A stretch of DNA of 64,000 bases, from positions 1-64,000 of IMG/VR virus record IMGVR_UViG_3300030330_005600. One strand, given 5' to 3'. The notes below the pieces were generated by a model, which worked only from the letters and a program-made list of their open reading frames with translations, ran no database searches and had not been told where the DNA came from. Origin of the DNA: a virus (lineage: Duplodnaviria > Caudoviricetes). Every line of letters starts with the position of its first letter. Position 1 is the stretch's first letter. This document shows positions 1 to 8,645 of the stretch, in pieces. A program made the position numbers and the translations under genes.

Positions 1-91
1 TACTTCCATTAATAAATAATGCTACTGCAATTCCTCCACAACAAGCTGCTTTAAACCAAGACTTGTTTACTATTTCTATTACTTTATCCAT
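1..91 (-). CDS. Partial small membrane protein (MDKVIEIVNKSWFKAACCGGIAVALFINGS...), runs off the window start
   Basis: ATG at 91 after an A-rich leader, open frame to base 1, hydrophobic stretch; translated by hand. Confidence 0.6.
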   Translation of the reverse strand, partial: MDKVIEIVNKSWFKAACCGGIAVALFINGS

Positions 92-118
92 AATATTTAT
101 TTTTGTTTATGTTATTAT

Positions 119-709
119 CTACCCTTCGGTAGTTTCGGACTCTAATTTATTTCTTAAATTATTATGAGCCAAACTTTTCATATCACTTCTGATTTCACTT
201 ACCTTCTCATAAAACTCTTCCATTGCATAATCATATTCTTGACTATGGTATTCACCCTCCGGAATTTCGTAATCATCTTCATCAGGATATTCGATTTCTT
301 CATTATGTTCCTCATGATTAAATCCGTTTTTATTGATTACGAATCCACCTATAGGTGTAGTCGCCTCATTTTCATAATCACCGTCTATCTCACATTCTGG
401 ATCGAGTGAAGAACATATATTATATATGTGTTGTACAAATTCTAATGGTGGATACCACGCTGAAGTTGTTATTATTTCTGCAACCTCACCTTCAATATCT
501 ACCCAAAATTCATCATGATAACACCATTTAGCCCCAACATTATCACCATACCACGCATATGTATTTTCCATATTATCATAGAATCCACTTATTAGTGCAG
601 TATGATTATCATTATTATTTTCTTCTACTTTAATTTTTATTTCTTCTAATTTTTCCATCACTTCTTTATTACCTGTGATGTTAATTGTTGTATATACGTG
701 ATTAGCCAT
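119..709 (-). CDS. Phage hypothetical protein, YubB/DUF1281-like ferredoxin-like fold
   Basis: MANHV..I.ITG N-terminus, W...NVGAKW and TSAWYPP resemble the MPNWC/WGTKW/TAWSPP family pattern. Confidence 0.55.
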   Translation of the reverse strand: MANHVYTTINITGNKEVMEKLEEIKIKVEENNNDNHTALISGFYDNMENTYAWYGDNVGAKWCYHDEFWVDIEGEVAEIITTSAWYPPLEFVQHIYNICSSLDPECEIDGDYENEATTPIGGFVINKNGFNHEEHNEEIEYPDEDDYEIPEGEYHSQEYDYAMEEFYEKVSEIRSDMKSLAHNNLRNKLESETTEG

Positions 710-722
710 ATTTCTTAGAATT

Positions 723-748
723 AAAAAAGGGGACTGAGTGTCCCCTTT
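723..748 (-). terminator. Intrinsic terminator
   Basis: AAAGGGGAC-tgagt-GTCCCCTTT hairpin followed by a U-run on the minus strand. Confidence 0.75.
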
Positions 749-764
749 AATTGTTATTTAGTTT

Positions 765-947
765 TTAAACTGATTCCCCTACCCATTTAACTACTGACTC
801 TAAACCATAGATTTCAGTAATTTTATTGATAAACCTTTTAGGGTTTTTTCTGATATAAGTTAGTGATTCAGTTGGTACTTCATTTCCTGAAGGTCCAAAA
901 AGAGTTACTAAAGACTCTTCTCTTGTTTTTTTCAAATTTTTACTCAT
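765..947 (-). CDS. Hypothetical protein (60 aa)
   Basis: ORF track; sits between the promoter at 988-1019 and a terminator. Confidence 0.65.
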   Translation of the reverse strand: MSKNLKKTREESLVTLFGPSGNEVPTESLTYIRKNPKRFINKITEIYGLESVVKWVGESV

Positions 948-987
948 TTTTTGAATTTTTTGAATTTTGTTATTATTTTATTATACC

Positions 988-1019
988 CAATGTTAGACAA
1001 AATATTTTTAATAGTCAAA
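988..1019 (-). promoter_or_regulatory. Bacteroidota-type housekeeping promoter
   Basis: TTTG-N20-TAACATTG, one mismatch to TAnnTTTG. Confidence 0.55.
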
Positions 1020-1035
1020 CATTTTATAAAAAAAA

Positions 1036-1461
1036 TTACTCTACTTCTAATAATTCAACATCAAAGATTAGTTTTTTACCTGCCAAAGGATGATTTGCAT
1101 CAATTTTAACACCTTGTTCAGTTATTTCTTTTACTGTAACATTAATAGTTCCTCTATCACTAGATGACTGTAATACATCACCTACTTTAACACCTTCAGG
1201 CATTTGTGTTGCAGGAACAACATTTACTAAACCATCTAAATATTCACCATACGCTTCTGTAGGTTCTATTTCAATAGTTTTATTTTCTCCTTCAGTCATA
1301 CCCAATAACCCTTTTTCGAAACCAGGTATTAAACTACCTTGTCCTAATACTGTTTTTAGTGGTTCTCTACCTTCTGTTAGCGATGTATCAAATACTTCAC
1401 CATTTTCGAATTTACCAGTATAATTTACTTTAATTGTATTTCCTACTTTTACTTCTGACAT
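1036..1461 (-). CDS. FKBP-type peptidyl-prolyl isomerase, SlyD/SlpA-like, no His-rich tail
   Basis: YTGKFENGEVFDTS, LIPGFEKGLLGM, EAYG, DANHPLAGKKLIFDVEL. Confidence 0.93.
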   Translation of the reverse strand: MSEVKVGNTIKVNYTGKFENGEVFDTSLTEGREPLKTVLGQGSLIPGFEKGLLGMTEGENKTIEIEPTEAYGEYLDGLVNVVPATQMPEGVKVGDVLQSSSDRGTINVTVKEITEQGVKIDANHPLAGKKLIFDVELLEVE

Positions 1462-1539
1462 AATTTATGTTTTTTTTAATATTATAATACAATAATAGAC
1501 ATAATAAAAGACTTAGTAAAGGTATTTAATATTTATTTT

Positions 1540-1879
1540 TGGTGGAGATGGGGGGATTCGAACCCCCGTCTTGCCCGTCATCCATATGAGATCTTTTTAC
1601 AGGTTTAGGATAAGTTTTTCTAAACTTCCATAAATTGATAGATTTTCGTTAACTGTAAGGTCGTCACTGGCAAATCACTATCATTACCAAACATCACCAT
1701 CTACTTCCTTTAACATCTTAATAACCTACAAGTATACTCAGTTACATGATGTGCTTAGCATCTAATCTAATTAGGCTGCCATAGCATACTCAGCGTTTCC
1801 GGCTAAGGTTTTGATGTTGGTCATCACCCATACCTGAATCTTCACACTTCTTTACGTCAATCAATTCCGTGTCATCCCC
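1540..1879 (-). ncRNA. ssrA: tmRNA (about 340 nt); tag reading frame 1800-1771 = GNAEYAMAA*
   Basis: 5' GGGGATG pairs with 3' CATCTCC-A-CCA including the G3.U70 Ala determinant; T-arm GGGGG-TTCGAAT-CCCCC; internal GGA AAC GCT GAG TAT GCT ATG GCA GCC TAA. Confidence 0.93.
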
Positions 1880-1981
1880 ATATCTTTCACTATATAGTTT
1901 TTCTTCCATATAGAGTTGTTGATAATGTTTTTCCATTTCCTCAACGTAAATTTCTTCATAAAGTTGTTTAATTCTTCCCAT
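1790..1981 (-). CDS. Small Glu/Tyr-rich ORF (63 aa from ATG 1981) reading into the 5' end of tmRNA
   Basis: MGRIKQLYEEIYVEEMEKHYQQLYMEEKLYSERY|GDD...; promoter directly upstream; first 34 codons precede tmRNA G1. Confidence 0.5.
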   Translation of the reverse strand: MGRIKQLYEEIYVEEMEKHYQQLYMEEKLYSERYGDDTELIDVKKCEDSGMGDDQHQNLSRKR

Positions 1982-1986
1982 AATGG

Positions 1987-2018
1987 TAAATATAATATTA
2001 TTTTTTATGATATTCAAA
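1987..2018 (-). promoter_or_regulatory. Promoter for the leader ORF / pre-tmRNA
   Basis: TTTG-N20-TATATTTA. Confidence 0.6.
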
Positions 2019-2044
2019 TATTTATATAAAAAATATTTAAAACT

Positions 2045-2476
2045 ATGGAAGTAATTCAAATTGGTGATAAACTAAAAATTAAGTATTCTTTAAAAGTTGG
2101 TGACGAAACTATAAGAGAGTACGATGAATCAGAATTAATTATCGGCAACAAATCAAATATAGGTGGTATTAATAGATTTCTTAATAAATTTATTGGTGAA
2201 AAAAAGAAGACAATAACAGGAATAAGAGATACTATAGTTATTGAACCTGAATTAGGGTATGGATTAACTGATAAATCTAAAATAGGTGCAATACCTAAAG
2301 AATTAATGGAGAGTAATGTATCTGTTGGTGATAATGTAAATTTATCTTTTAAAGATGGTAGTGTACTACAGGGTTTAGTTAAAAGTGAAAATGATGATAC
2401 ATTTATCGTAGATTGTAACCATCCTTTAGTAAATAAAGAATTAATAGTGGATATTGAAATTATCAGATTTATTTAA
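2045..2476 (+). CDS. Second, divergent FKBP/SlyD-like PPIase
   Basis: IEPELGYG and VDCNHPLVNKELIVDIEI retained; N-terminal FKBP motifs degenerate. Confidence 0.8.
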   Translation: MEVIQIGDKLKIKYSLKVGDETIREYDESELIIGNKSNIGGINRFLNKFIGEKKKTITGIRDTIVIEPELGYGLTDKSKIGAIPKELMESNVSVGDNVNLSFKDGSVLQGLVKSENDDTFIVDCNHPLVNKELIVDIEIIRFI

Positions 2477-2478
2477 AT

Positions 2479-2501
2479 AAAAAACCCTCATTGAGGGTTT
2501 T
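2479..2501. terminator. Bidirectional terminator between convergent genes
   Basis: AAAACCCTC-att-GAGGGTTTT. Confidence 0.7.
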
Positions 2502-2527
2502 ATGTCATAATCTATTTTATTGTTATT

Positions 2528-2920
2528 TTAATCAGTTAATAACTGTTTACTATCTTTTTTGTCTATTAGTCCGGCAATAGTACCTTCCAGACTATGTATT
2601 TTATCGTATAATTTATCTGTTCTACTATCAATCATACGTCTCATTTCATCGAACTCTCTTTCTGTTTTTTCAGAGTTCATTTCATATTCACCCCATAAAG
2701 CTCTTTCCACCTCATGTGATTTTTTATTAATATCATTCTCTATTGAAGATATTTCGTTATAGATTCTCTCTATCTCTCTTTGATTATCATATTCATTCAT
2801 TTTAAATGTTTCTACATCAACCTTACCTTTAAATTTGTTAAAAACGACCACAACCGCTAATACGATCCCAACCACCAATAACGTAGATAAAACTGATACT
2901 GTTACTAAAATTGTTTCCAT
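2528..2920 (-). CDS. Membrane-anchored coiled-coil protein
   Basis: N-terminal TM helix followed by a heptad-rich segment. Confidence 0.7.
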   Translation of the reverse strand: METILVTVSVLSTLLVVGIVLAVVVVFNKFKGKVDVETFKMNEYDNQREIERIYNEISSIENDINKKSHEVERALWGEYEMNSEKTEREFDEMRRMIDSRTDKLYDKIHSLEGTIAGLIDKKDSKQLLTD

Positions 2921-2994
2921 AATTTCTATTTTTTATTTTATTTTGTTATTATAGATTATAACAACTTCAAATATAATTAAACAATCTAATAAAG

Positions 2995-3681
2995 TCAATC
3001 TTTATTTACTTCTCTAATTAAAATCCTTTTAACTATAGGGAGGAAAGTATTATCAAAGGGTATTTCTTTTTTACTGTATGCACCATATGTCATCATAGGT
3101 ATATCATCTCTATGGTTAATATATTCTTGTTTAATATCTTCATGACTACTAAATTCAGATATATTTTGTGTAGTAATAGGTTCAGTTTTTAACATTTTAT
3201 ATTTGTTACCTTCTAATATTAAACTGTCCATTTTATATTTGTAAATAATACTATTTTTGGTGGTGAGTATTAAATAACCTTCATCTTTATTCTCAGTAAT
3301 TACACCTACACTATTAAAGGTAATATCTTTTTCTATGTTATCACATATCTTTCTCCCCTCTTCTATTGTACCTTTTATTCTACGAAGGGCGTAATTAATT
3401 AGTTTTTGAATTTCAACAAAGATATCATCTTCTATTGTTGTATAAATTAACTCCATATTTTTGAAGTCTATAGATGTTAGTTCTTTGGGTGTGAGTTTAT
3501 CTTTTTGTTCTAATAAATCTTTTAAGGATCTAAACTCTTCTATACAATCAGAAAGATAAGGATATATTTTATTTTCTTTAAATTGGTTACTTACTCTTTG
3601 CAAGTAGTCTAAAAGAATATACTTTTTATACTCAAAATCAGTATTATCTTTAGTTAACCAGTCCTTATCTAATTTCTCCAT
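2995..3681 (-). CDS. Conserved hypothetical protein resembling a Bacteroidota family
   Basis: WLT...DFEYKKYILL.YLQ...YPYLSD motif, recognised from memory. Confidence 0.65.
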   Translation of the reverse strand: MEKLDKDWLTKDNTDFEYKKYILLDYLQRVSNQFKENKIYPYLSDCIEEFRSLKDLLEQKDKLTPKELTSIDFKNMELIYTTIEDDIFVEIQKLINYALRRIKGTIEEGRKICDNIEKDITFNSVGVITENKDEGYLILTTKNSIIYKYKMDSLILEGNKYKMLKTEPITTQNISEFSSHEDIKQEYINHRDDIPMMTYGAYSKKEIPFDNTFLPIVKRILIREVNKD

Positions 3682-3706
3682 ATAATATAAATATGGAGGT
3701 AAATTA

Positions 3707-4033
3707 TTAAACTAATTCTTCTACTATACCAATTATTTCACTTACAACTAATACAGATGCTGCAATTACTAAATCGAAGGGGATTAATATATACCCTATT
3801 ATCCTTATACCACTTTTAATAAAAGAAACTATTTGATGCCATTTTTGGTTGGGCATCTTATCTATATCTTTATTCTCAGTTGAATCAGGCATATAACCCC
3901 ACACTTTAAGTTTTATTTTATCTTGTTCAGTTAACTCTAATGGATTTTTTTTACCTGTAATCTCTTCATAATGTGGATTTAATTCTCCCGTATAAGGATC
4001 ATGTGTTGGTACTTGAAATTTTATCTTACTCAT
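3707..4033 (-). CDS. Hypothetical protein with C-terminal membrane hairpin
   Basis: DPYTGELNPHYEE.TGK.NPL, then HQIVSFIKSGIRI and hydrophobic helices. Confidence 0.7.
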   Translation of the reverse strand: MSKIKFQVPTHDPYTGELNPHYEEITGKKNPLELTEQDKIKLKVWGYMPDSTENKDIDKMPNQKWHQIVSFIKSGIRIIGYILIPFDLVIAASVLVVSEIIGIVEELV

Positions 4034-4043
4034 AATTTTTATT

Positions 4044-4394
4044 TTAATTTTTCCAAAAAACTTGTATACAAATTAATATTAAACATAACATTAGCGAAAC
4101 TAATATTTTTGTAGATATTCCTTCGTTAAAATAATAACTAACTAAAACAGTATAAACTATTATACCCACACCAAACCCAATAAATCTGACTGGCCATAAT
4201 AACCCATCAAATGCAGCAACACTATATTTAGTTGCCCATAGATAGGCAAAAGATAGTGGTATACCAACTAATGACATTGCCCATTCATTGTCTTTAGCCC
4301 ACTTCCATATGAACTGAGAATTCAGTTGATACCATGTTACTAATTGTGCAACAAAAAACATCAATATCCCTATACCTAATAATTTATAATTCAT
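4044..4394 (-). CDS. Small 4-TM membrane protein (start probably ATG 4394)
   Basis: Four hydrophobic segments; start overlaps the stop region of the upstream gene. Confidence 0.7.
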   Translation of the reverse strand: MNYKLLGIGILMFFVAQLVTWYQLNSQFIWKWAKDNEWAMSLVGIPLSFAYLWATKYSVAAFDGLLWPVRFIGFGVGIIVYTVLVSYYFNEGISTKILVSLMLCLILICIQVFWKN

Positions 4395-4764
4395 ATTTTG
4401 TTTTTTGTCTATCCAACATTTCATTGGTTACTTGTTCCTTACTTAAATGTGTGAAAGGATTATCCATTCCATCTGCAAATACTTCAAATGTAGATACTCC
4501 ATCACCATATAATCCAGTTCCACCTCCAACTACTGAGAACCATCCACCTTCTCCTTTATCACCTAAAGAGAAGTACTCTACTGCTGCAACTCCATTAGTT
4601 ACAACATGATGAGGTTTAAATTTTAAATCTTTAAATGTTTTAACACCTAAAATATCTGAGGCTTCATCTTCAGTAAAACCCATTAAATCTACTAAATCAC
4701 TGTAAGCCTGTAAAGCATTTTTATGTTTAACATAATTAATTATATCATTAATTTTTTTATTCAT
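4384..4764 (-). CDS. Hypothetical protein
   Basis: TFKDLKFKPH...SVV...GLYGDG..TFEV phage-type motif; own promoter. Confidence 0.7.
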   Translation of the reverse strand: MNKKINDIINYVKHKNALQAYSDLVDLMGFTEDEASDILGVKTFKDLKFKPHHVVTNGVAAVEYFSLGDKGEGGWFSVVGGGTGLYGDGVSTFEVFADGMDNPFTHLSKEQVTNEMLDRQKTKYEL

Positions 4765-4769
4765 ATCTG

Positions 4770-4801
4770 TAAATATAGTAAAATTATACTAATAAAACAA
4801 A
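4770..4801 (-). promoter_or_regulatory. Bacteroidota-type promoter (near-leaderless)
   Basis: TTTG-N20-TATATTTA ending 5 nt before ATG 4764. Confidence 0.6.
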
Positions 4802-4806
4802 TTATT

Positions 4807-5019
4807 TTATAAATAATCGTTTTCTTTTAATTCTTCATTAGTTGGGTATCCAATAATCTTTCCACAATCATCACAGACTTTTAAAACACTTTTCGTATTT
4901 TCATAATATTTTAGTGAGGTGTTTTCGTGTGGACACTTACTTTGTATTTCAATTAATTCATCAGTTAATAATTTAATATTATTTTTAATATCATTAACCA
5001 TAGTTCTAATATTTTCCAT
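4807..5019 (-). CDS. Small zinc-ribbon-like protein
   Basis: CPH...CDDCGK. Confidence 0.65.
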   Translation of the reverse strand: MENIRTMVNDIKNNIKLLTDELIEIQSKCPHENTSLKYYENTKSVLKVCDDCGKIIGYPTNEELKENDYL

Positions 5020-5028
5020 TGTGGGGTT

Positions 5029-5952
5029 TTAAGAAATCAACCCTTCTTCTTTATATAGTTTAGATATTCTATTTCTCGCGTAATCACAAAACTTTTCTAC
5101 TAAATCAATACCAATATATTGTCTATTCATTTTAGAAGAAGCGTATGGTGTTGTACCAGTACCAGAAAAATTATCTAACACTATTTCATTTTCTTTAGAA
5201 TATAAATCTATGAAGAAGGACGCAAAGTCTGTTGAGAATGTAGCTTCATGTCCCTCAACTTTACCATCGTTATTTCGTGCCTCAATAAAATTATAATAAT
5301 TATTGTAGTACTTTTGACCGGTTCTTGACACAGAAGACACTGTTTTGTTTGCTTTAAAATATGGAGTCTTAGCAAATATATATACCATCTCTACTATTCT
5401 TGTTACTCTATTAGGGTGTCCAGATACAGGCATTGCAGATTTCTTTTTCCAAGCAAATGTATCATACACTCTAAAATCTGTATGTTTAAATACCTCATTA
5501 ATTAAAAAATATGGTAGTGATGGGTTGAATGTGGTGTAACTAAAATTAAATACAACAACTCCATCTTTCTTTAAAATCCTTTCATATTGTTTAAAATTTT
5601 CAATCATCCAATCCAAATAAACGTCTATGGTTTGGTTATCTTTAATTTGATCTTTAGCTCCGGGATATTTATGATTGTCGTTACGAATAGATGCAAGATA
5701 TGGTGGTGAAGTTAAAATCAAATCAATACTTTTATCATTAATTTTACCCATTGTTTCTACTGTATCTCCACAATAAATTTTATTAGTTTCTAAACCTACT
5801 TGAGTACTATCAACAATCTTAGTATCATACTTAGTTAACAAGTTATTATGAATCTCTATAAAAGGTTTTTCTGTTTTTTTTGCGGAAACTATCATTTCCT
5901 CAAACAAAAAATATTGACCTTTGTTTGTAGTTTTTCTTTTTGGTCTTTTCAT
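5029..5952 (-). CDS. DNA amino-methyltransferase, beta class (N4-C/N6-A)
   Basis: Motif IV TSPPY precedes motif I LDNFSGTGTT. Confidence 0.9.
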   Translation of the reverse strand: MKRPKRKTTNKGQYFLFEEMIVSAKKTEKPFIEIHNNLLTKYDTKIVDSTQVGLETNKIYCGDTVETMGKINDKSIDLILTSPPYLASIRNDNHKYPGAKDQIKDNQTIDVYLDWMIENFKQYERILKKDGVVVFNFSYTTFNPSLPYFLINEVFKHTDFRVYDTFAWKKKSAMPVSGHPNRVTRIVEMVYIFAKTPYFKANKTVSSVSRTGQKYYNNYYNFIEARNNDGKVEGHEATFSTDFASFFIDLYSKENEIVLDNFSGTGTTPYASSKMNRQYIGIDLVEKFCDYARNRISKLYKEEGLIS

Positions 5953-5968
5953 ATATTTAAAATATTAA

Positions 5969-6322
5969 TTATTTTTCTACTTTCTCTAAAACTTTACTCA
6001 CTTTCTTTTTACTATCTACCTTACTACCTATCTTAAACCAACTATCTTCATATTGGTTTCTACTATCTTCAATTACTTCATATATTGGATCAACATCTAA
6101 CATATATAATTTTTTTGATGTTTCTGTAGATAATACATCAGAATTTTTATCAATAAATTCCTTAATATCTTCTACATCTGTAGTAATATATTTCATAAAA
6201 TCTCTTTTAGTTTTACCAATAAATGCTGGTGTGCAAGATTTAAATTCTTCCACTTCAAAAGTAAACGCAGTAGTTGAGTGAGTTATACTATATGTCTCTA
6301 TTTTTTGAATTTTAATTTTCAT
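5969..6322 (-). CDS. Hypothetical protein
   Basis: ORF track, in operon order. Confidence 0.65.
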   Translation of the reverse strand: MKIKIQKIETYSITHSTTAFTFEVEEFKSCTPAFIGKTKRDFMKYITTDVEDIKEFIDKNSDVLSTETSKKLYMLDVDPIYEVIEDSRNQYEDSWFKIGSKVDSKKKVSKVLEKVEK

Positions 6323-6382
6323 TTTTTTTCCTCTATTTAATAAATACGGTTTTTTTTCCTATATTTCTTTTACTTTTAAAAA

Positions 6383-6405
6383 TGTGACAAAAGTGTGACA
6401 CTTTT
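6383..6405. promoter_or_regulatory. Putative OmpR/PhoB-type binding site (tandem TGTCACA, 11-bp period) overlapping a short palindrome
   Basis: Minus strand TGTCACA-cttt-TGTCACA; AAAAGTGT-g-ACACTTTT inverted repeat. Confidence 0.4.
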
Positions 6406-6947
6406 CATACCCCTTTTAGTTTTATTTTAATGTTGTGTGGTGCTCTTTCATCCCCACCAAAATAAGGATATAAGTAATATCTTTTAAAGTCTTGATTACA
6501 AGGTCTATCTATTTCTACTACTACACCATTGACACCTAAAATATATTTATTGTTTTTCAACTCTAACTCTAAGTATATTACTTCGTTAATTTCTACAGAA
6601 GTTATTTTTTCAAATTCAAAGTTACCATTTAAATGTCTAAACCATAATATTTCTAAACTATCATTTACCCATCTCCAACCAAACCTTATTGAGTTGTCCA
6701 TATGGTTATTACCACAGTCAGACACACCCCATAATTTATTTACATCCCACTGATTAATAGGGTCTTCGGTAGTATATATTGCACTACTGTCGAAAATACA
6801 TTCAATATTAAATTTATTTTCTCTAGAAGTTTTATATCTATAACCTGATCGGTGTTTACCCTCTTTAATAGTGAATGTTTTAAATCCATTTTCATCTATC
6901 TTACTACAAGATAAAAAAGAAAACATACATATAAAAAACTTTTTCAT
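6405..6947 (-). CDS. Putative lipoprotein, Bacteroidota-like hypothetical
   Basis: MKK + hydrophobic core + FLSC lipobox; NKLWG.SDC, NS.RFGWRW, YPYFGG. Confidence 0.7.
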   Translation of the reverse strand: MKKFFICMFSFLSCSKIDENGFKTFTIKEGKHRSGYRYKTSRENKFNIECIFDSSAIYTTEDPINQWDVNKLWGVSDCGNNHMDNSIRFGWRWVNDSLEILWFRHLNGNFEFEKITSVEINEVIYLELELKNNKYILGVNGVVVEIDRPCNQDFKRYYLYPYFGGDERAPHNIKIKLKGV

Positions 6948-7852
6948 AGATAATCGTGTTTAAATAAATCTAATTGCATTCCATAACAAGGTGCGTCTAA
7001 TACATTATCACCATAATTCATTATTAATAATTCTTCCCCCATATTTTGTTTAACCCCACTTTTTGCTGCAGCTGCTTTTGCAAATTCTTTTTTCTCCCAA
7101 ACATATTCATGTTTTGGAAACCATTTTCTTAATAGTTCGAAATCATAATAACTTAATGAAAACATCCCTTCCATTTCTTTTATACAGTCTGCCAATCTTT
7201 CATGATCGTTTCTATCAAAATCATGATTAGAATAATAGTTTTCTGTTTTCCAATATGGTGGATCGATATAAAAGTAAGTTTTTTCAGAATCATATTTTTC
7301 TATGACTTCTTGAAAATCCATATTTTCTACAAAAGTAATTTTATCAAAATGTTCTCTGTATTTAGGATTCTTTAATTTATCCATAAATATTAGAACCTTA
7401 CATCTATATTTACCTTTATAATCTGTATAACTAGATGTTTCTGGTTTAGAACCAGAAAATATTTGGGTAAGGACATATACATACTTTGCAGCAATCTCAA
7501 ATTTATTATCATCAGTTATTTCAAAATCAGTGTGAAATATTTCTTGTTGATATTCATTAAACATATCCACATATTCTTGTGGTGTATCTTCTACACCTAA
7601 TTGCTGACATGGATATTTGTTCAATTCATCCCAAAGTCTGTCATATTCTAAAGTACATTTAAATAAGTTTGTATTTAGTCCGTTAAAGTCATTATAAACA
7701 ACTGTCTTAAGGTTAGGAAATTGTTTTAAATCCATATTAAAAAATACCCAAAACATTCCACCAAATGTTTCTACATATGTTTCTATATCTCTAGGTATGT
7801 ATGGTACAATCCATTTACCTATTCGTGCTTTACCGCCAATATAACTAATCAT
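6944..7852 (-). CDS. Dam-like (D12 class) DNA adenine methyltransferase
   Basis: YIGGK, ETFGG, YNDFN, YIDPPY. Confidence 0.9.
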   Translation of the reverse strand: MISYIGGKARIGKWIVPYIPRDIETYVETFGGMFWVFFNMDLKQFPNLKTVVYNDFNGLNTNLFKCTLEYDRLWDELNKYPCQQLGVEDTPQEYVDMFNEYQQEIFHTDFEITDDNKFEIAAKYVYVLTQIFSGSKPETSSYTDYKGKYRCKVLIFMDKLKNPKYREHFDKITFVENMDFQEVIEKYDSEKTYFYIDPPYWKTENYYSNHDFDRNDHERLADCIKEMEGMFSLSYYDFELLRKWFPKHEYVWEKKEFAKAAAAKSGVKQNMGEELLIMNYGDNVLDAPCYGMQLDLFKHDYL

Positions 7853-7914
7853 TTATTAAATTTAATAACAATTGTGTGAATTGTCAAGTTAAAAACTATT
7901 TTTTTACTAATATA

Positions 7915-8619
7915 CTATTTTTTTTCGAGTTTTTCAATAACCTCATCAATAATACCATATTCTAATGCTTCTTTAGAATCCAACCACTTATCTCTACTAG
8001 CAAATTCTAACACATCTTTAGGTTTTTTATTACAATACTCACCCAACATCTCAAATAATAATTTATTATATTTTTCAGCTTCAGCTAAAGATATTCTTAT
8101 ATCCTGTATATTACCCTGTGCACCTGAAGAAACTTGATGTAACATTACCCTACTATTTTTTAATGATAACCTTTTACCTTTAGTTCCCGCACCTAATAAT
8201 ATAGAACCCATAGATGCCGCCATTCCAGTATTAATTGTTAATATATCAGATGCCACATAGTTCATTACATCCACCATAGACAATCCAGATTTTACACTTC
8301 CACCGGGACTATCTACATGCATAGTAATATCTTTTACCTCTACATTATCTAAGAACATTAATTGTGCTTGTACCACGGTAGACATATTATCGTTTACCGG
8401 ACCAGCAACCCATAATATACGATCCATCATTAATCTAGAAAAAATATCCATTTGTGTAACTCTCAATTCTCGCTCTTCTAAAATATAAGGTGTTAATGCG
8501 GAATTATGGGAATATATTCTATCTTGTAATTTTTCCCAATAATGAAATTGCATTCCACTAACACCCAAATGTTTTGTTGCGTAATCTTTAAACTCACCGT
8601 AATAATCTAAATTTGTCAT
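7915..8619 (-). CDS. clpP: ATP-dependent Clp protease proteolytic subunit
   Basis: DIFSRLMMDRI, DSPGGSV, AASMG (Ser), MLHQ (His), RDKW (Asp); Bacteroidota-like N-terminal extension. Confidence 0.96.
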   Translation of the reverse strand: MTNLDYYGEFKDYATKHLGVSGMQFHYWEKLQDRIYSHNSALTPYILEERELRVTQMDIFSRLMMDRILWVAGPVNDNMSTVVQAQLMFLDNVEVKDITMHVDSPGGSVKSGLSMVDVMNYVASDILTINTGMAASMGSILLGAGTKGKRLSLKNSRVMLHQVSSGAQGNIQDIRISLAEAEKYNKLLFEMLGEYCNKKPKDVLEFASRDKWLDSKEALEYGIIDEVIEKLEKK

Positions 8620-8645
8620 TTTTTATTTTTTTTTATTTATTATTT

